A stretch of 64,000 bases of DNA from Candidatus Babelota bacterium (GTDB lineage: Bacteria; Babelota; Babeliae; Babelales; CAIQNR01). Both the position numbers and the translations under genes were made by a program. Position 1 is the first letter of the stretch. Each line of letters opens with the position of its first letter. Shown here one piece after another: positions 20,515 to 30,969 of the stretch. Location: assembly GCA_965658655.1 (NCBI GenBank), contig CBFHTA010000003.1:32001-96000 (forward strand), in the 5' to 3' direction. The notes under the pieces are model-generated. The model did not search any database. It saw only the letters and a program-made list of their open reading frames with translations, and was not told the DNA's origin.

Positions 20515-21606
20515 ATGGCAATTGCGGCATCCGTTAGTTTACTTGTTCAAAAACTACCTTTTATTATTGTTGGTTTAGCCGGTATTGGAACCGTTATGGC
20601 CTTCCATGAATTTGGTCACTTCATTTTTGGTAAGCTCTTTAATGTACACGTTCCTCAATTCTCTATTGGAATGGGACCTAAACTTATTAGTAAAAAATGG
20701 GGAGAAACCACATTTTCACTTTCTCTTATCCCCACAGGAGCTTATGTAGAGCTTGACAATGACCCCAAAACAGCCGGCTCTAAGGAAAGAACCTTGTCGG
20801 TCAAATCCTACTGGCAAAAAATGCTCATAGTCTCAGGAGGCATTTTGTGCAACCTTATTTTTGCTTATCTTGTTTTTGTAGGACTCTTGATGCATGGCAT
20901 TCCTGCTAACCCTCTTTTGGCTCAAGATAGCGCTCATTCTGTAGAAAAAGTGCTTCCGAATTCTGCAGCTGAAAAAAGCGGTATTAAACAAGGAGATAAA
21001 ATTATATCTGTTAATAACAACGATGTAAGTCATAGCATTGGAAAATTACTTAAAACTATTAATGAACATCCTAAAGAAAAATTATCTTTTGTCATTGAGA
21101 GAGAAAACAAGCAGAAAAATGTATCTGTTACTCTAAGTTCTAAAATAGTAAAAAACAAAGAAATTGGATCCTTGGGTATCCAGTTCTCTTTCCCTTCAAT
21201 GCCCCCAGTAAGCTTCTTTAAGGCCACCGAGAAAGCTGGCACGCTCGTTAAACGCTTATTCTTAAATACGTTTAAAGGTATTGCTCAAGCATTTACCAAA
21301 CGATCTGCCGAAAACTTTGCAGGGCCACTCATGATGATTTCATTAACTGCAGAAAGTGCTGGTCAAGGTGTAAGCTTATTTCTATTGTTTCTAGCCTTTA
21401 TTTCTGTAGGGCTTGCAGCATTAAATGCAATTCCTTTGGCAGTACTTGATGGTGGGCATGCACTTATCTATACCATTGAAGCAATCATCGGTAGAGACGT
21501 TGATGAAACATTTCAAGTATATTTCCAATACATCAGCCTTGCTCTCATTGGAGGACTGTTTTTATACTTAACCTTTAAAGATGTTTTTCTATTATTCTTC
21601 AGTTAA
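20515..21606 (+). CDS. rseP: RseP-family site-2 intramembrane metalloprotease with one PDZ domain
   Basis: HEFGH, FSIGMGP, PDZ (SAAEKSGIKQGDKIISVN), NAIPLAVLDGGH; start placed at ATG 20515 behind AAGGAG. Confidence 0.9.
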   Translation: MAIAASVSLLVQKLPFIIVGLAGIGTVMAFHEFGHFIFGKLFNVHVPQFSIGMGPKLISKKWGETTFSLSLIPTGAYVELDNDPKTAGSKERTLSVKSYWQKMLIVSGGILCNLIFAYLVFVGLLMHGIPANPLLAQDSAHSVEKVLPNSAAEKSGIKQGDKIISVNNNDVSHSIGKLLKTINEHPKEKLSFVIERENKQKNVSVTLSSKIVKNKEIGSLGIQFSFPSMPPVSFFKATEKAGTLVKRLFLNTFKGIAQAFTKRSAENFAGPLMMISLTAESAGQGVSLFLLFLAFISVGLAALNAIPLAVLDGGHALIYTIEAIIGRDVDETFQVYFQYISLALIGGLFLYLTFKDVFLLFFS

Positions 21607-21613
21607 TTTTGAA

Positions 21614-21649
21614 CAAAAAAATAAGGGCTCTTTCGAGCCCTTTATTTTT
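21614..21649. terminator. Bidirectional terminator between convergent rseP and rplM
   Basis: AAAAAAATAAGGGCTC-TTTC-GAGCCCTTTATTTTT. Confidence 0.8.
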
Positions 21650-21665
21650 AGGTAACTTGTAAAAC

Positions 21666-22091
21666 TTATAACCCAAACTTTGATTCGTGTGGGTGTTCTT
21701 TACCAACGTAAAGTCTCAAGTATTTTTTCATAACATCACTAAGCTTGTTTTTAGGAAGCATTCCGTGAACTGCGTGCTCAATAATACGTGTTGGATGTTT
21801 TTCTAGAATTTGTTTTGCTGTAAATTCTTTTTTACCACCCATGTAACCTGAATAGCGAATGTAGATTTTGTCTTCAAGTTTCTTACCGGTAAGCTTAACT
21901 TTTTCTGCATTAATAACTACAACGTAGTCACCGCTCGCTGTTTGAGGGGTATAAGTAGGCTTATTTTTACCTCGTAAAAGATCTGCAATCTCTGTTGCTA
22001 ATCTTCCCAAAACTTTTCCTTCGGCATCAATCAAATGCCATTTTGGCTCACGATCTTCTTTACGTAAAAAGAAAGCCTTATTCATATCCAT
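21666..22091 (-). CDS. rplM: 50S ribosomal protein L13
   Basis: WHLIDAEGKVLGRLA, GDYVVVINAEKV, GMLPKN. Confidence 0.98.
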   Translation of the reverse strand: MDMNKAFFLRKEDREPKWHLIDAEGKVLGRLATEIADLLRGKNKPTYTPQTASGDYVVVINAEKVKLTGKKLEDKIYIRYSGYMGGKKEFTAKQILEKHPTRIIEHAVHGMLPKNKLSDVMKKYLRLYVGKEHPHESKFGL

Positions 22092-22159
22092 GAAATATTC
22101 CTTACTGTCTATCGCACTTTATTTTATTTTTTATGTGAAAAAACGAACGGATACCCCTT

Positions 22160-22188
22160 AAAGTACGGCAAAAAAGGAATTTGGTCAA
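22160..22188 (-). promoter_or_regulatory. Putative rplM promoter
   Basis: Minus strand TTGACC-17 nt-TACTTT, overlapping the upstream stop codon. Confidence 0.5.
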
Positions 22189-23762
22189 CTCGATTTTTCT
22201 TCATGATATTCTTGTTCTGTGTTCACTGACCATACATTAGCCTTATCTTTTCTGCCCGCTACAATATTATCTACCGCAGTCATAGCAGTTAACATAGAAT
22301 GATCTTGATTATTATACTTATGCTGACCATTACGACCTAACAAGAATAAATTCTCAAAAGTGTCGGTAAATTTTTTCACCTTATCAAAATCTTTGTAAGC
22401 TCCAAAGTAAGCAGGATAAGTCTTTTCCATTCTAATGATAGTGCCATCTTGAACAAAAACTTGTTCAAGAATACCAATTCGTTCAAGCTCTTGCTTTCCT
22501 AGTGCTATAAGATCTTCGTCCTTCATCTTCCACAAATCATCTGTGGTGTAACAAAAATATTCAAGACCGATCCATACTTTAGTTTTATCTTCAACCATGA
22601 ACGGACTCCAGTTATTAAAGATCTGTAACCGCCCTACTTGCACATCAGGCTCCTGAATATAGATCCAATTATCTTTAATTAAGTCACCTTGTTCTTCAAT
22701 CTTAAGTTTATCAACCAGAAGACCAACAGTAAGAAAGTCTCGATACTGCAAATTATCACTTACTGCTTTAACATCTTCTTGAACCGGAGACTGAAAACCC
22801 GCAATAAGCTCTTTTACTGATGTGGTAGAAAACACGTAATCAGCTTCAAACTCTATACGTGAACCATCTTTTTTAACTGCTCCAACTTTAGTTACTGAAG
22901 TGTCTTGAGTAAAAATTTGATCTACATCACATTCGGTAATAATTTCTACACCCTGCTCTTTAATTTGATCTGCTACAACTTCCCACATTTGCCCAGGACC
23001 AAACTTTGGATACAAAAACTGTTCGATTAAAGTTGTTTCAGTATCTTTCTGTGCAACATCTTGTTTTTGTTTAGAAGCAAATAATTGTTTAGCAAAATGT
23101 GTCACCGCTTTAGTTACAGAAAGACCTTTAATTCTTTGAGCTCCCCATTCCGCACTAATTTCTGAACACGGCACACCCCAAACTTTTTCTGTATATGATT
23201 TAAAAAAGGTTTGATAAAGCTCAGTACCAAATCTATTAATAAAAAACTGCTCTAAATTTTTTTCATTTTTAATAGGAAACACACACCGATATCCATAACT
23301 CATACCAATTTTAACCATACGATTAAAACCAAGCTTAGTAACTGTTGCAGGAGTTATCTTCAAAGGATAATCAAAAAATTTACGGGTGAAATAAATACGA
23401 GATTTACGTTTACGAAGCAACATAACATTATCAGTAGCATTAGGATCTGGTGCCTGATCAGAAGTTTCTACGGTTCGCTTTTTATTTTGATAACCAATAG
23501 TTGTATCCTTACCATCGGTTTTTTCTATAGGCAAAATATTTAGCCACCACTTCATAACACGATCTGACTTTGAAAAGAAACGGTGACCACCAATATCTAT
23601 TCTGTTACCTTTATAACGAACAGTTCTAGATATACCACCCATATACGTACTACGCTCAAGAATAATAGGCTGAATATCTGTCCTCTTTAACAACTCATAT
23701 GCCGCTGTTAATCCTGCTGGTCCTGCTCCAATGATGATCGCTCTTTTTTTTCTGTCTCCCAC
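22185..23762 (-). CDS. FAD-dependent oxidoreductase (protoporphyrinogen oxidase / UDP-galactopyranose mutase-like superfamily)
   Basis: [13 protein letters not shown]ossmann motif, [25 protein letters not shown]. Confidence 0.85.
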   Translation of the reverse strand: MGDRKKRAIIIGAGPAGLTAAYELLKRTDIQPIILERSTYMGGISRTVRYKGNRIDIGGHRFFSKSDRVMKWWLNILPIEKTDGKDTTIGYQNKKRTVETSDQAPDPNATDNVMLLRKRKSRIYFTRKFFDYPLKITPATVTKLGFNRMVKIGMSYGYRCVFPIKNEKNLEQFFINRFGTELYQTFFKSYTEKVWGVPCSEISAEWGAQRIKGLSVTKAVTHFAKQLFASKQKQDVAQKDTETTLIEQFLYPKFGPGQMWEVVADQIKEQGVEIITECDVDQIFTQDTSVTKVGAVKKDGSRIEFEADYVFSTTSVKELIAGFQSPVQEDVKAVSDNLQYRDFLTVGLLVDKLKIEEQGDLIKDNWIYIQEPDVQVGRLQIFNNWSPFMVEDKTKVWIGLEYFCYTTDDLWKMKDEDLIALGKQELERIGILEQVFVQDGTIIRMEKTYPAYFGAYKDFDKVKKFTDTFENLFLLGRNGQHKYNNQDHSMLTAMTAVDNIVAGRKDKANVWSVNTEQEYHEEKSS

Positions 23763-25057
23763 TTCTCATCCTCTTTTAGTTGATTGTGTTTCATGAGATT
23801 CTCAATTTCCTTAATGGTCTTAGGAATTCCCTCACTCAAACAAACAGCTTCATCTTTAACAATCCAGTACATGTCTTCAATTCTAACCCCTAATTTTTCC
23901 TCAGGAATGTAAACACCTGGCTCAATGGTAATAATGTCACCTTCAGCCAATGGTTCGGTATAATCACCTACATCGTGCACGTCTAAACCAACGAAGTGAC
24001 CTATCCCGTGAGGAAAATATTTTTCATACCCCTGTTCTTTCAAAAACTCATACGCCATATGATGCAGAGACTCTTTTGGCTTATCTTTATTTTTTAACCA
24101 TAACCCTGGGCGTGCTTGAGAAGCGACAAATTCTTGGGTTTTTAAAACAACTTCGTAAATTTCTTTTTGACGATCGGTAAACGTTCCAGAAACAGGATAG
24201 GTCCGAGTAATGTCTCCACAATAGTGATGAAACGAAGCACCTATATCAACAACAACAAGATCTCCTTTTTGTAAAACATCTTTATTGTCGACATAATGCA
24301 ATACTGTGCTATTTTTTCCTGAACCCACAACACTTGCAAATGCACGAGTCGCTTGGCCTTCTGTAAAAATGTAATCTATAGCCGCCTGAACATCTGACTC
24401 TCTTCTTCCTGACCTAATAACGCCTGCCGCTGCTTCTTGTGCTATTGCAGTTATTTCAACAGCACGATACAAATACTCTAACTCTTGCTGCTCTTTCTTT
24501 CTACGTAACTGAGCGATAAGCGGAGCACTATTAATAAGATTATTTTTAAGTTCAGGAACAAGTTCACATAGTTTATCTATAACAGCTCTACATTCAAATT
24601 GTATCTCTGTTAAAGGCGTAAAAATAACACCACCTTCTTTAACAATGCCCTCTATTTCTTCAGCAAGCTTTAAATAAACTTTTTTGCTAGAGAAAGGATT
24701 AAGAGCATATCCAAGAGCTTCATTCCCCATACTCTCTATTTTGGTAACATCAAGTTCTTGCAAATACTTTTTATCATAAGTCTCTGGTAACCAAGCAGAA
24801 CGATCTACTTGATATTTTGGCTCATAAAGAACAGCTTCACCGCCAATTTTTTGTAAAAGAGTTACTCCAGGCTCTACCAATCCTGTTAAATAGAGAAAAG
24901 AACTATCCTGATAAAATTGCTCTCGTTCTTTTTCAAAAGCAGAGCATAAAAGAAGTGCGCCCTTTTTATCTGGATAGGTTTGTTGAATAAGTTTAAGCAA
25001 AGCGTTTCGGCGTACAACATAAGATGCACACTCTTCGTAAGGTACTACCATATCCAT
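23708..25057 (-). CDS. pepP: Xaa-Pro aminopeptidase (M24B)
   Basis: LHY, D.G...[34 protein letters not shown]. Confidence 0.92.
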   Translation of the reverse strand: MDMVVPYEECASYVVRRNALLKLIQQTYPDKKGALLLCSAFEKEREQFYQDSSFLYLTGLVEPGVTLLQKIGGEAVLYEPKYQVDRSAWLPETYDKKYLQELDVTKIESMGNEALGYALNPFSSKKVYLKLAEEIEGIVKEGGVIFTPLTEIQFECRAVIDKLCELVPELKNNLINSAPLIAQLRRKKEQQELEYLYRAVEITAIAQEAAAGVIRSGRRESDVQAAIDYIFTEGQATRAFASVVGSGKNSTVLHYVDNKDVLQKGDLVVVDIGASFHHYCGDITRTYPVSGTFTDRQKEIYEVVLKTQEFVASQARPGLWLKNKDKPKESLHHMAYEFLKEQGYEKYFPHGIGHFVGLDVHDVGDYTEPLAEGDIITIEPGVYIPEEKLGVRIEDMYWIVKDEAVCLSEGIPKTIKEIENLMKHNQLKEDEKWETEKKERSSLEQDQQD

Positions 25058-25065
25058 CTTCCTTT

Positions 25066-25662
25066 TTAAAAAGGTCTCCGTTCTGAAAGAGCTTTATAGA
25101 CTGTTAATTTATCCATCAATTCAAGATTAGATCCTACTGGAATTCCTCGGGCAAGACACGACACCATAACGCGGTTTTTTAATTTACGTGCAATAAATGC
25201 AGCGGTTGCTTCACCTTCTGGTGTTTGATTTGTTGCCAAAATAATTTCTTTTGTTTCGCCTGTTAAACGAGTAAGCAACATATCAATAGAAAGATCTTCT
25301 GGTCCAATACCATCAAGTGGACAAATTGCTCCACCCAATACATGGTATAAACCTTTATAACCATCTGTCTTCTCTATGCTCAAAAGTTCCTGCCACGTTT
25401 CTACAACACAAATTGTTGTTTTATCTCGTCTAGGATCACTACAAAAAATACATTGTTTATTTCTTTCTTGCCACACACAGCATTGTGGACACGCAATAAT
25501 GTTTTTCCGTGCCTCCAGCAAAGCTGTACAAAAACGTTTGACTTTCTCGTCTTCTGTTGTCAAAAAATAGGTTGCTACTTTATATAAGTTTTTTGATGCC
25601 AAAAATGGCACCTGCTGTAAATTTTTACAAAGCTGAGCCAACGAGGGAAGTTTATTAATCAT
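25066..25662 (-). CDS. recR: Recombination mediator RecR
   Basis: C4 Zn finger CPQC..CIFC, ICVVE, YHVLGG, EGEATA Toprim, GIPVG. Confidence 0.94.
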   Translation of the reverse strand: MINKLPSLAQLCKNLQQVPFLASKNLYKVATYFLTTEDEKVKRFCTALLEARKNIIACPQCCVWQERNKQCIFCSDPRRDKTTICVVETWQELLSIEKTDGYKGLYHVLGGAICPLDGIGPEDLSIDMLLTRLTGETKEIILATNQTPEGEATAAFIARKLKNRVMVSCLARGIPVGSNLELMDKLTVYKALSERRPF

Positions 25663-25665
25663 AGA

Positions 25666-27186
25666 TTAAAAAGCCTTCTGCAACTGATTTTGACCTACCT
25701 GTAACAACATACTTGTCGCTAAATATAATGTAACACCCGCAGACATTGTTGTAGAAAAAGCTCCAAACATTAAAGACATTGCAACAGGACCCATAAGTGT
25801 TTTTGCATCTTTTTTACCTGGCCCCATGAAAACACTTGCTAAGAAACTTACAAAGACAACAAATGGTAAAACGTAGTAAGGATCTGGCAAAGACAAATCT
25901 TTAATCCAAAAAACAAACGGTGCTCTGTACAACTGAATAGAGTTATTAAGTGCACCCATCAATCCTACAAAGAAAGGAATTTGCACAACCATAGGAAGCG
26001 CACAACCAAGCATTCCACCCGTACCATGCTTTTTCATATGTTCGAGTCGTGCTTCTTCAAGTCTGTCTGGATCATTTTTATATTTTTGAGTAATGTACTC
26101 AAGTTTTTTTTGATTCTCTTCAAACTTTTTACGCGATTTTTCTGCATTAAGATTGAATGGCAACAAAATTAAACGCATTAAAAGCGTTACCAGAATAATT
26201 GCCCAACCATAATTGTCGGTATACTTTTCTATAAATGAAAGTAACCACAAAACAGGTTTCGTAATGAAAGAGAACATACCATAGTTAAGAACTTTCTCTA
26301 AACGAACGTCAACCGCAGACATTGATTGAGGCTCTTTTGGACCCACATAGTATGAAATATTCCAAGTAGTTTCTTCTTCAATTGTTTTCGACTCTATGAA
26401 CGAAAGCAAAGATCTGTCGATAGATTTATAATACGCTCGCTGTGCAAAACCTTGTGGATCAGAGAACATCATAAAAGCAAAGTATTTGTCTGCAGTACCA
26501 AAAAGTTTTGGTTGCATGAACCCTTGATTGAATTTTATACTTCCTGCTGCAACTTGCTTAAACTTACCGTTACTTGTAGTAATATTTGCAGTGACAGGAT
26601 CATCCTCTTGAAGCGCTTTCAAATGAGGAGAAGGCCAAATAAGACGAGCCTGCAAAGCCTTTTTAGGTTTTACAGTCAGCGCAAGGTCAATTCTGTGTTC
26701 ATGTTTATCAACAGTAAACGCTTTTTCAATAGTACCTACAGAAGTAGCTGTTTTATAAGTAACCTTTGCGCTACTTTCATCTTCTTCATGACCTATCAAC
26801 TTATAGTAATACGGAGTTTCTTTTTCTAGAGCAACCAAAAATGGCTGTTGCTCTCTATCTACCGCTTCATTTGAATTCCACACATGAAATGTTTGCACTT
26901 TATGATCAAGGTTACGAGTGAAGACTAAGTCACTAATTGTTCCGCCTGCACTCGAAAAAGTCATATCTCCATAAGCTGTTTTAATATGAACAGGAGTATC
27001 TTCTATTTTTTGTTCTTTATCATAAAAATCTACCTCTACCTGCAAAGGAGCTTGGGCTGCCACCGCTGTTGCAGCAGTAAAGCTTCCATCTGGTTGAGAA
27101 ACTCCGAAACCTCCCCAAAATAATTTGAATAAAATGACCGTTCCAATCGCTAACGATGTAGTTCCGAGAACTTCTCGCATATTCAT
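25666..27186 (-). CDS. yidC: Membrane insertase YidC, long form with periplasmic domain
   Basis: YVGPK, NYGWAIILVTLLMRLILLP, GC.LP..VQIPFF, WIKDLSLPDPYYVLP. Confidence 0.94.
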   Translation of the reverse strand: MNMREVLGTTSLAIGTVILFKLFWGGFGVSQPDGSFTAATAVAAQAPLQVEVDFYDKEQKIEDTPVHIKTAYGDMTFSSAGGTISDLVFTRNLDHKVQTFHVWNSNEAVDREQQPFLVALEKETPYYYKLIGHEEDESSAKVTYKTATSVGTIEKAFTVDKHEHRIDLALTVKPKKALQARLIWPSPHLKALQEDDPVTANITTSNGKFKQVAAGSIKFNQGFMQPKLFGTADKYFAFMMFSDPQGFAQRAYYKSIDRSLLSFIESKTIEEETTWNISYYVGPKEPQSMSAVDVRLEKVLNYGMFSFITKPVLWLLSFIEKYTDNYGWAIILVTLLMRLILLPFNLNAEKSRKKFEENQKKLEYITQKYKNDPDRLEEARLEHMKKHGTGGMLGCALPMVVQIPFFVGLMGALNNSIQLYRAPFVFWIKDLSLPDPYYVLPFVVFVSFLASVFMGPGKKDAKTLMGPVAMSLMFGAFSTTMSAGVTLYLATSMLLQVGQNQLQKAF

Positions 27187-27384
27187 GTGTGTAATCCTTT
27201 AAATTTTGAAATAGGCTGATCTGCTACATATAGAGGGCTCAAGTCTACCAAGAAGCAGCAATTTGCGCTAGTCCCCAAAAGAGCCTTTTAACTATAATCT
27301 CTTCACTTATTTTACATAAAGTGGTACTTGAAGTATAAAGGACAGTAGTACATGCTCAGAATCATAGAAAAGGGAGCAGGGTAT

Positions 27385-27735
27385 ATGAAAATGCAAAGAA
27401 AACAATTTCGCATAGGAGAGCTTGCCAAAAGCCTCGGAGTTAAGCGGTTTGTCATTCGTTTCTGGGAAAAAGAATTCAATTTCAATGCGCATCGCTCAGA
27501 GGGCGGTCAACGGTTTTACGAAGAGCGCGACCTAGAACGCTTTCGATATATAAAAACACTTCTCTATGAAAAAGGATTCACAATTGCCGGAGCAAAAAAA
27601 CAGCTCAAAACAACCGAAGCTCCATTCATAGCTTCGCAAAGAACCACCATCGACAAAGAGTCAAAAGGAGAATGGGAAAAAAATCTCTTAACTTTTAGAA
27701 GCAAATTGGTGGAATTCAAAAAACTCATTTCTTAA
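27385..27735 (+). CDS. MerR-family HTH regulator (short type, no obvious effector domain)
   Basis: FRIGELAKSLGV...IRFWEKEF, GQRFY, LLYEKGFTIAGAKKQL. Confidence 0.88.
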   Translation: MKMQRKQFRIGELAKSLGVKRFVIRFWEKEFNFNAHRSEGGQRFYEERDLERFRYIKTLLYEKGFTIAGAKKQLKTTEAPFIASQRTTIDKESKGEWEKNLLTFRSKLVEFKKLIS

Positions 27736-27836
27736 ACAGAACAAACTAACCATTTTGTATAACGAATTTTAAAGAAGGAGACGTCATACTATAAAACACA
27801 GAGTTGTAATGTTTATTTCAATGTAAGGAGTTTTTA

Positions 27837-28232
27837 ATGAATACACACTCGCTCTACTTATGGGCATGGGCCGGATCAGCATTCGTTGCAACGTTTGTAG
27901 GTGCTGCTGCTTTAGGATGTAATGTGCTTACATCTGTTGGTATCGGTTCTTATCGAAAAATACTGCAATACCTTGCCGGTGCCGCTGGATTTATGTCACT
28001 ATGCGCTTTTTGCATGAAAAACGAAGCTGTTCTTACCAGTATTCATGCTACTGGAAATTCTTTACACAAAGCTACTTGGCTGATAAGCGCTTTTACAGCT
28101 TCTTGCGTTGGACTCGAAGCATTTGGTGTAAGAATACTCAAATCTTTTAGTCTCGATTCTTATAGAAAAGTACTGCAATACATTGCTGGTATCGCTGGTG
28201 CTTATAGTCTTTATTTGTATTTTGGAAAATAG
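27837..28232 (+). CDS. Small membrane protein with two DUF378-like hairpin repeats, paralog 1
   Basis: AAGGAG RBS; repeat W...G..A.G.....YRK.LQY.AG.AG..SL occurs twice. Confidence 0.8.
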   Translation: MNTHSLYLWAWAGSAFVATFVGAAALGCNVLTSVGIGSYRKILQYLAGAAGFMSLCAFCMKNEAVLTSIHATGNSLHKATWLISAFTASCVGLEAFGVRILKSFSLDSYRKVLQYIAGIAGAYSLYLYFGK

Positions 28233-28272
28233 TTATTTCTTATATTCTTTTTAAAAACGAAGGAGTCTTCTC

Positions 28273-28668
28273 ATGGTAGTAACTTCATATCTTGATTATG
28301 CATGGCCAATCACTGCAGTTGTAACACTTTGCACAGGCCTTGCTGCATTCGGATTTAATGCATTGAAAGTATTACACCTTGATATGGCTAGAAAAGTAAT
28401 GCAATACATTTCTGGTGTTGCTGGATTAGTAAGTCTTTACTGCTGGTTCACAGCGCGCAAAATGATTGCAGTTGGTTTCTCTGGTAACCCTAAGCTTGCA
28501 AGCATTACCTGGTTCGTTACCGGTCTTGTAGCATTATGTGTGGGTCTTGCAGCAATCGGCTTTGATGTTATTAAAACAGTTAAGTTGAATGCATACCGCC
28601 CAATGCTTCAATATGTTGCAGCTGTATTTGGTATTTACTCTTTAATCGCCTACTTTGGTATGGCATAA
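28273..28668 (+). CDS. Small membrane protein with two DUF378-like hairpin repeats, paralog 2
   Basis: AAGGAG RBS; GLAAFGFN...RKVMQYISG and GLAAIGFD...RPMLQYVAA. Confidence 0.8.
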   Translation: MVVTSYLDYAWPITAVVTLCTGLAAFGFNALKVLHLDMARKVMQYISGVAGLVSLYCWFTARKMIAVGFSGNPKLASITWFVTGLVALCVGLAAIGFDVIKTVKLNAYRPMLQYVAAVFGIYSLIAYFGMA

Positions 28669-28679
28669 GGTATAATTCT

Positions 28680-29045
28680 ATGATTCCACATATTCATTGG
28701 TGCGTTTCTGGTTTTGTTTCTTTATTTATCGGTTTAGCAGCATTTAATTTTAACATTCTTAAAGTTTGCAAACTAGAAAAACAACGCTCTCTCTTACAAA
28801 TGATTGCTGGTGCATTTGGTGCATTAAACCTTTATAGATGGTTCAAATATGCACACAGCTGCTCTTGCAATTTAAACAATGCTGTTTGGTTTATCACCGG
28901 CTTTGCTACATTGTGTGTAGGCCTTGCAGGAATTGGATTCAATGTAATCAAAGTAACTAAGTGCGAAAAAGCCCGTGTTATTTTGCAATACATTGTAGGA
29001 GCTGCAGGAACTTATTCACTCTTGCACTATTTCAAATTTGCATAA
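28680..29045 (+). CDS. Small membrane protein with two DUF378-like hairpin repeats, paralog 3
   Basis: GLAAFNFN...RSLLQMIAG and GLAGIGFN...RVILQYIVG. Confidence 0.8.
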   Translation: MIPHIHWCVSGFVSLFIGLAAFNFNILKVCKLEKQRSLLQMIAGAFGALNLYRWFKYAHSCSCNLNNAVWFITGFATLCVGLAGIGFNVIKVTKCEKARVILQYIVGAAGTYSLLHYFKFA

Positions 29046-29053
29046 TCATTTCT

Positions 29054-29088
29054 AAGAAAAGGCCCTCTTTTATTAGTGGGCCTTTTTT
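29054..29088 (+). terminator. Rho-independent terminator after the membrane-protein triplet
   Basis: AAAAGGCCC...GGGCCTTTTTT. Confidence 0.75.
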
Positions 29089-29151
29089 ACACTCTTTTTT
29101 TTTTGAGATACTCTAATACACAATTAATACACACCAAAGAAAAGAGTAAGC

Positions 29152-30540
29152 ATGTATAAAAAAAATTTCCATTTACATTTTATAGGGATCGGCGGCATTG
29201 GCATGAGCGGATTAGCACAGCTATTAGCAAAACAAGGCTATACCGTTTCAGGATGCGATAATAATCAAAATCAAAAAACCATAACCGATTGTAAAAATGC
29301 AGGGTGCATCATTGCGCCAGGAAATTTTTCTAAAGATTGTCAAAATACAGATATCGATATTTTTGTTTATACAACAGCTATTAAAAAAGATAATCAAGAA
29401 CTTATGTTCGCTCGAAAACATAACATTAGAACAACACATCGTTCAAAAATACTTGCGGAACTCATGCGGCAAAAGCATAGTATTGCCGTCGCTGGTTCAC
29501 ATGGAAAAACAACTACCAGCTCTTTAATAGGACATGTACTTTTAGAAGCCGGGCTCGATCCAAGCATTGCCATTGGTGGTCATTTGAATCGTATCGAAAA
29601 CAATTCATATCATGGATCAGGAAACCTTTTTGTAGCTGAAGCAGATGAAAGCGATCGATCACTCCTTAACCTTAGTCCAAGCATTGCAATTGTAACCAAT
29701 ATAGATTTAGAACATTTAGAAACGTATAAAAACTTGCACGATGTTACACACACATTTCAAAAGTTTCTAAACAAACTACCTTTCTATGGTAAAGCAATCA
29801 TGGGTATAGATAGCACTGAAGTACAAGCACTACTACCCCTAAAAGATAGGCAAGCAATTACGTATGGTCTCCACGAAGATGCAGACTGGACCGCAAAAAA
29901 CATTACTCACTTCGGGGATTACTCAACATTTGACGCATGGTACAAAAATAAAAATATGGGACCTGCACACGTTGCTTTGCCCGGTATTCATAATGTAAAA
30001 AATGCCTTATCTGTCTTAGCACTCGGCCATGAATTAGAGATTCCTTTTGCCACTTGCGCACAAGGACTCAAGTCTTTCACTGGAGTAGACAGGCGATTCA
30101 CTTTTAAAGGAACCTGCAAAGGTGCCTCTATTTTTGATGACTATGGTCATCACCCCCTTGAGATAAAACACACACTTGAAACCGCTCAGCGAAAAACTAA
30201 AGGGAAAGTTATAATGCTCTTCCAACCTCATCGTTACACTCGTACTCATAAGCTATGGGACGACTTTGTAGAACTGTTTGCAACTGCCCCTATCGACCAT
30301 CTGGTTATTACCGATATTTATGAAGCAAGCGAAACCCCTGTTCCAGGGATTACGAGTCAAAAACTAGTAGAAACTATTAAAGAAAGACGCCCTTCATTAA
30401 AAACACAATACATTTCCCTTAATCCTAATTTTTCTAAGCTTAAAGAGCATATAAGTTCAGAGCTAGAAGAAGGTGATCTTTTACTTCTTCAAGGTGCTGG
30501 AAAAGTGAATGATATTTATGCTCAACTCATAGAAAAATAA
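29152..30540 (+). CDS. murC: UDP-N-acetylmuramate--L-alanine ligase
   Basis: HFIGIGGIGMSGLA, AGSHGKTTTS, EADESD, DDYGHHP, FQPHRYTRT. Confidence 0.97.
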   Translation: MYKKNFHLHFIGIGGIGMSGLAQLLAKQGYTVSGCDNNQNQKTITDCKNAGCIIAPGNFSKDCQNTDIDIFVYTTAIKKDNQELMFARKHNIRTTHRSKILAELMRQKHSIAVAGSHGKTTTSSLIGHVLLEAGLDPSIAIGGHLNRIENNSYHGSGNLFVAEADESDRSLLNLSPSIAIVTNIDLEHLETYKNLHDVTHTFQKFLNKLPFYGKAIMGIDSTEVQALLPLKDRQAITYGLHEDADWTAKNITHFGDYSTFDAWYKNKNMGPAHVALPGIHNVKNALSVLALGHELEIPFATCAQGLKSFTGVDRRFTFKGTCKGASIFDDYGHHPLEIKHTLETAQRKTKGKVIMLFQPHRYTRTHKLWDDFVELFATAPIDHLVITDIYEASETPVPGITSQKLVETIKERRPSLKTQYISLNPNFSKLKEHISSELEEGDLLLLQGAGKVNDIYAQLIEK

Positions 30541-30637
30541 GCTTAATAGCACTGTTCAGAGCTAAAAACCTTGTTTTTTGACCTTCCATTTATGTATACT
30601 TAAACAGTAATTAAATAGTAATTAAATGGAGAAAGCA

Positions 30638-30943
30638 ATGAAGAAAAAATTACTCACACTTATTCTTTTATCTGCAGGCACTATAAGTTTACAAGCAGGT
30701 TTTGGTAAATCATTTGGTGCTTCTTTTGGAGGCTCTTTCCTAGGCTCTTCTTTAGCAAATGCTGGTAACCGTAACAATGATTACGAAGATTGTAGCTTTG
30801 AAAAAGCTGAGCTTCGTAAAGTTAAGCGCACTTACAAAAAACTTAAGCAAAGAAACAGCAAGCTAAAAGCTTTAAACCGTAAAGTTAATAAAGCTAAAAA
30901 AGCTAGAATTAATAAAGCTAAAAAAGCTAGAAAAAGAAATTAA
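30638..30943 (+). CDS. Small secreted glycine-zipper protein with strongly basic coiled-coil tail
   Basis: GGAGA RBS before ATG 30638; signal peptide; FGASFGGSFLGSSLA; K/R-rich tail. Confidence 0.8.
   Translation: MKKKLLTLILLSAGTISLQAGFGKSFGASFGGSFLGSSLANAGNRNNDYEDCSFEKAELRKVKRTYKKLKQRNSKLKALNRKVNKAKKARINKAKKARKRN
30885..30932 (+). repeat. Perfect 24-bp tandem duplication (encodes NKAKKAR twice)
   Basis: TTAATAAAGCTAAAAAAGCTAGAA at 30885-30908 and 30909-30932. Confidence 0.95.
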
Positions 30944-30969
30944 TTTAAAGAATAGAAATGGAGATTAAA

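Noticed and set aside
22185..23762. Calling the oxidoreductase hemY or glf
   Set aside because: The motifs support only the superfamily; no heme or polysaccharide genes nearby to fix the substrate.
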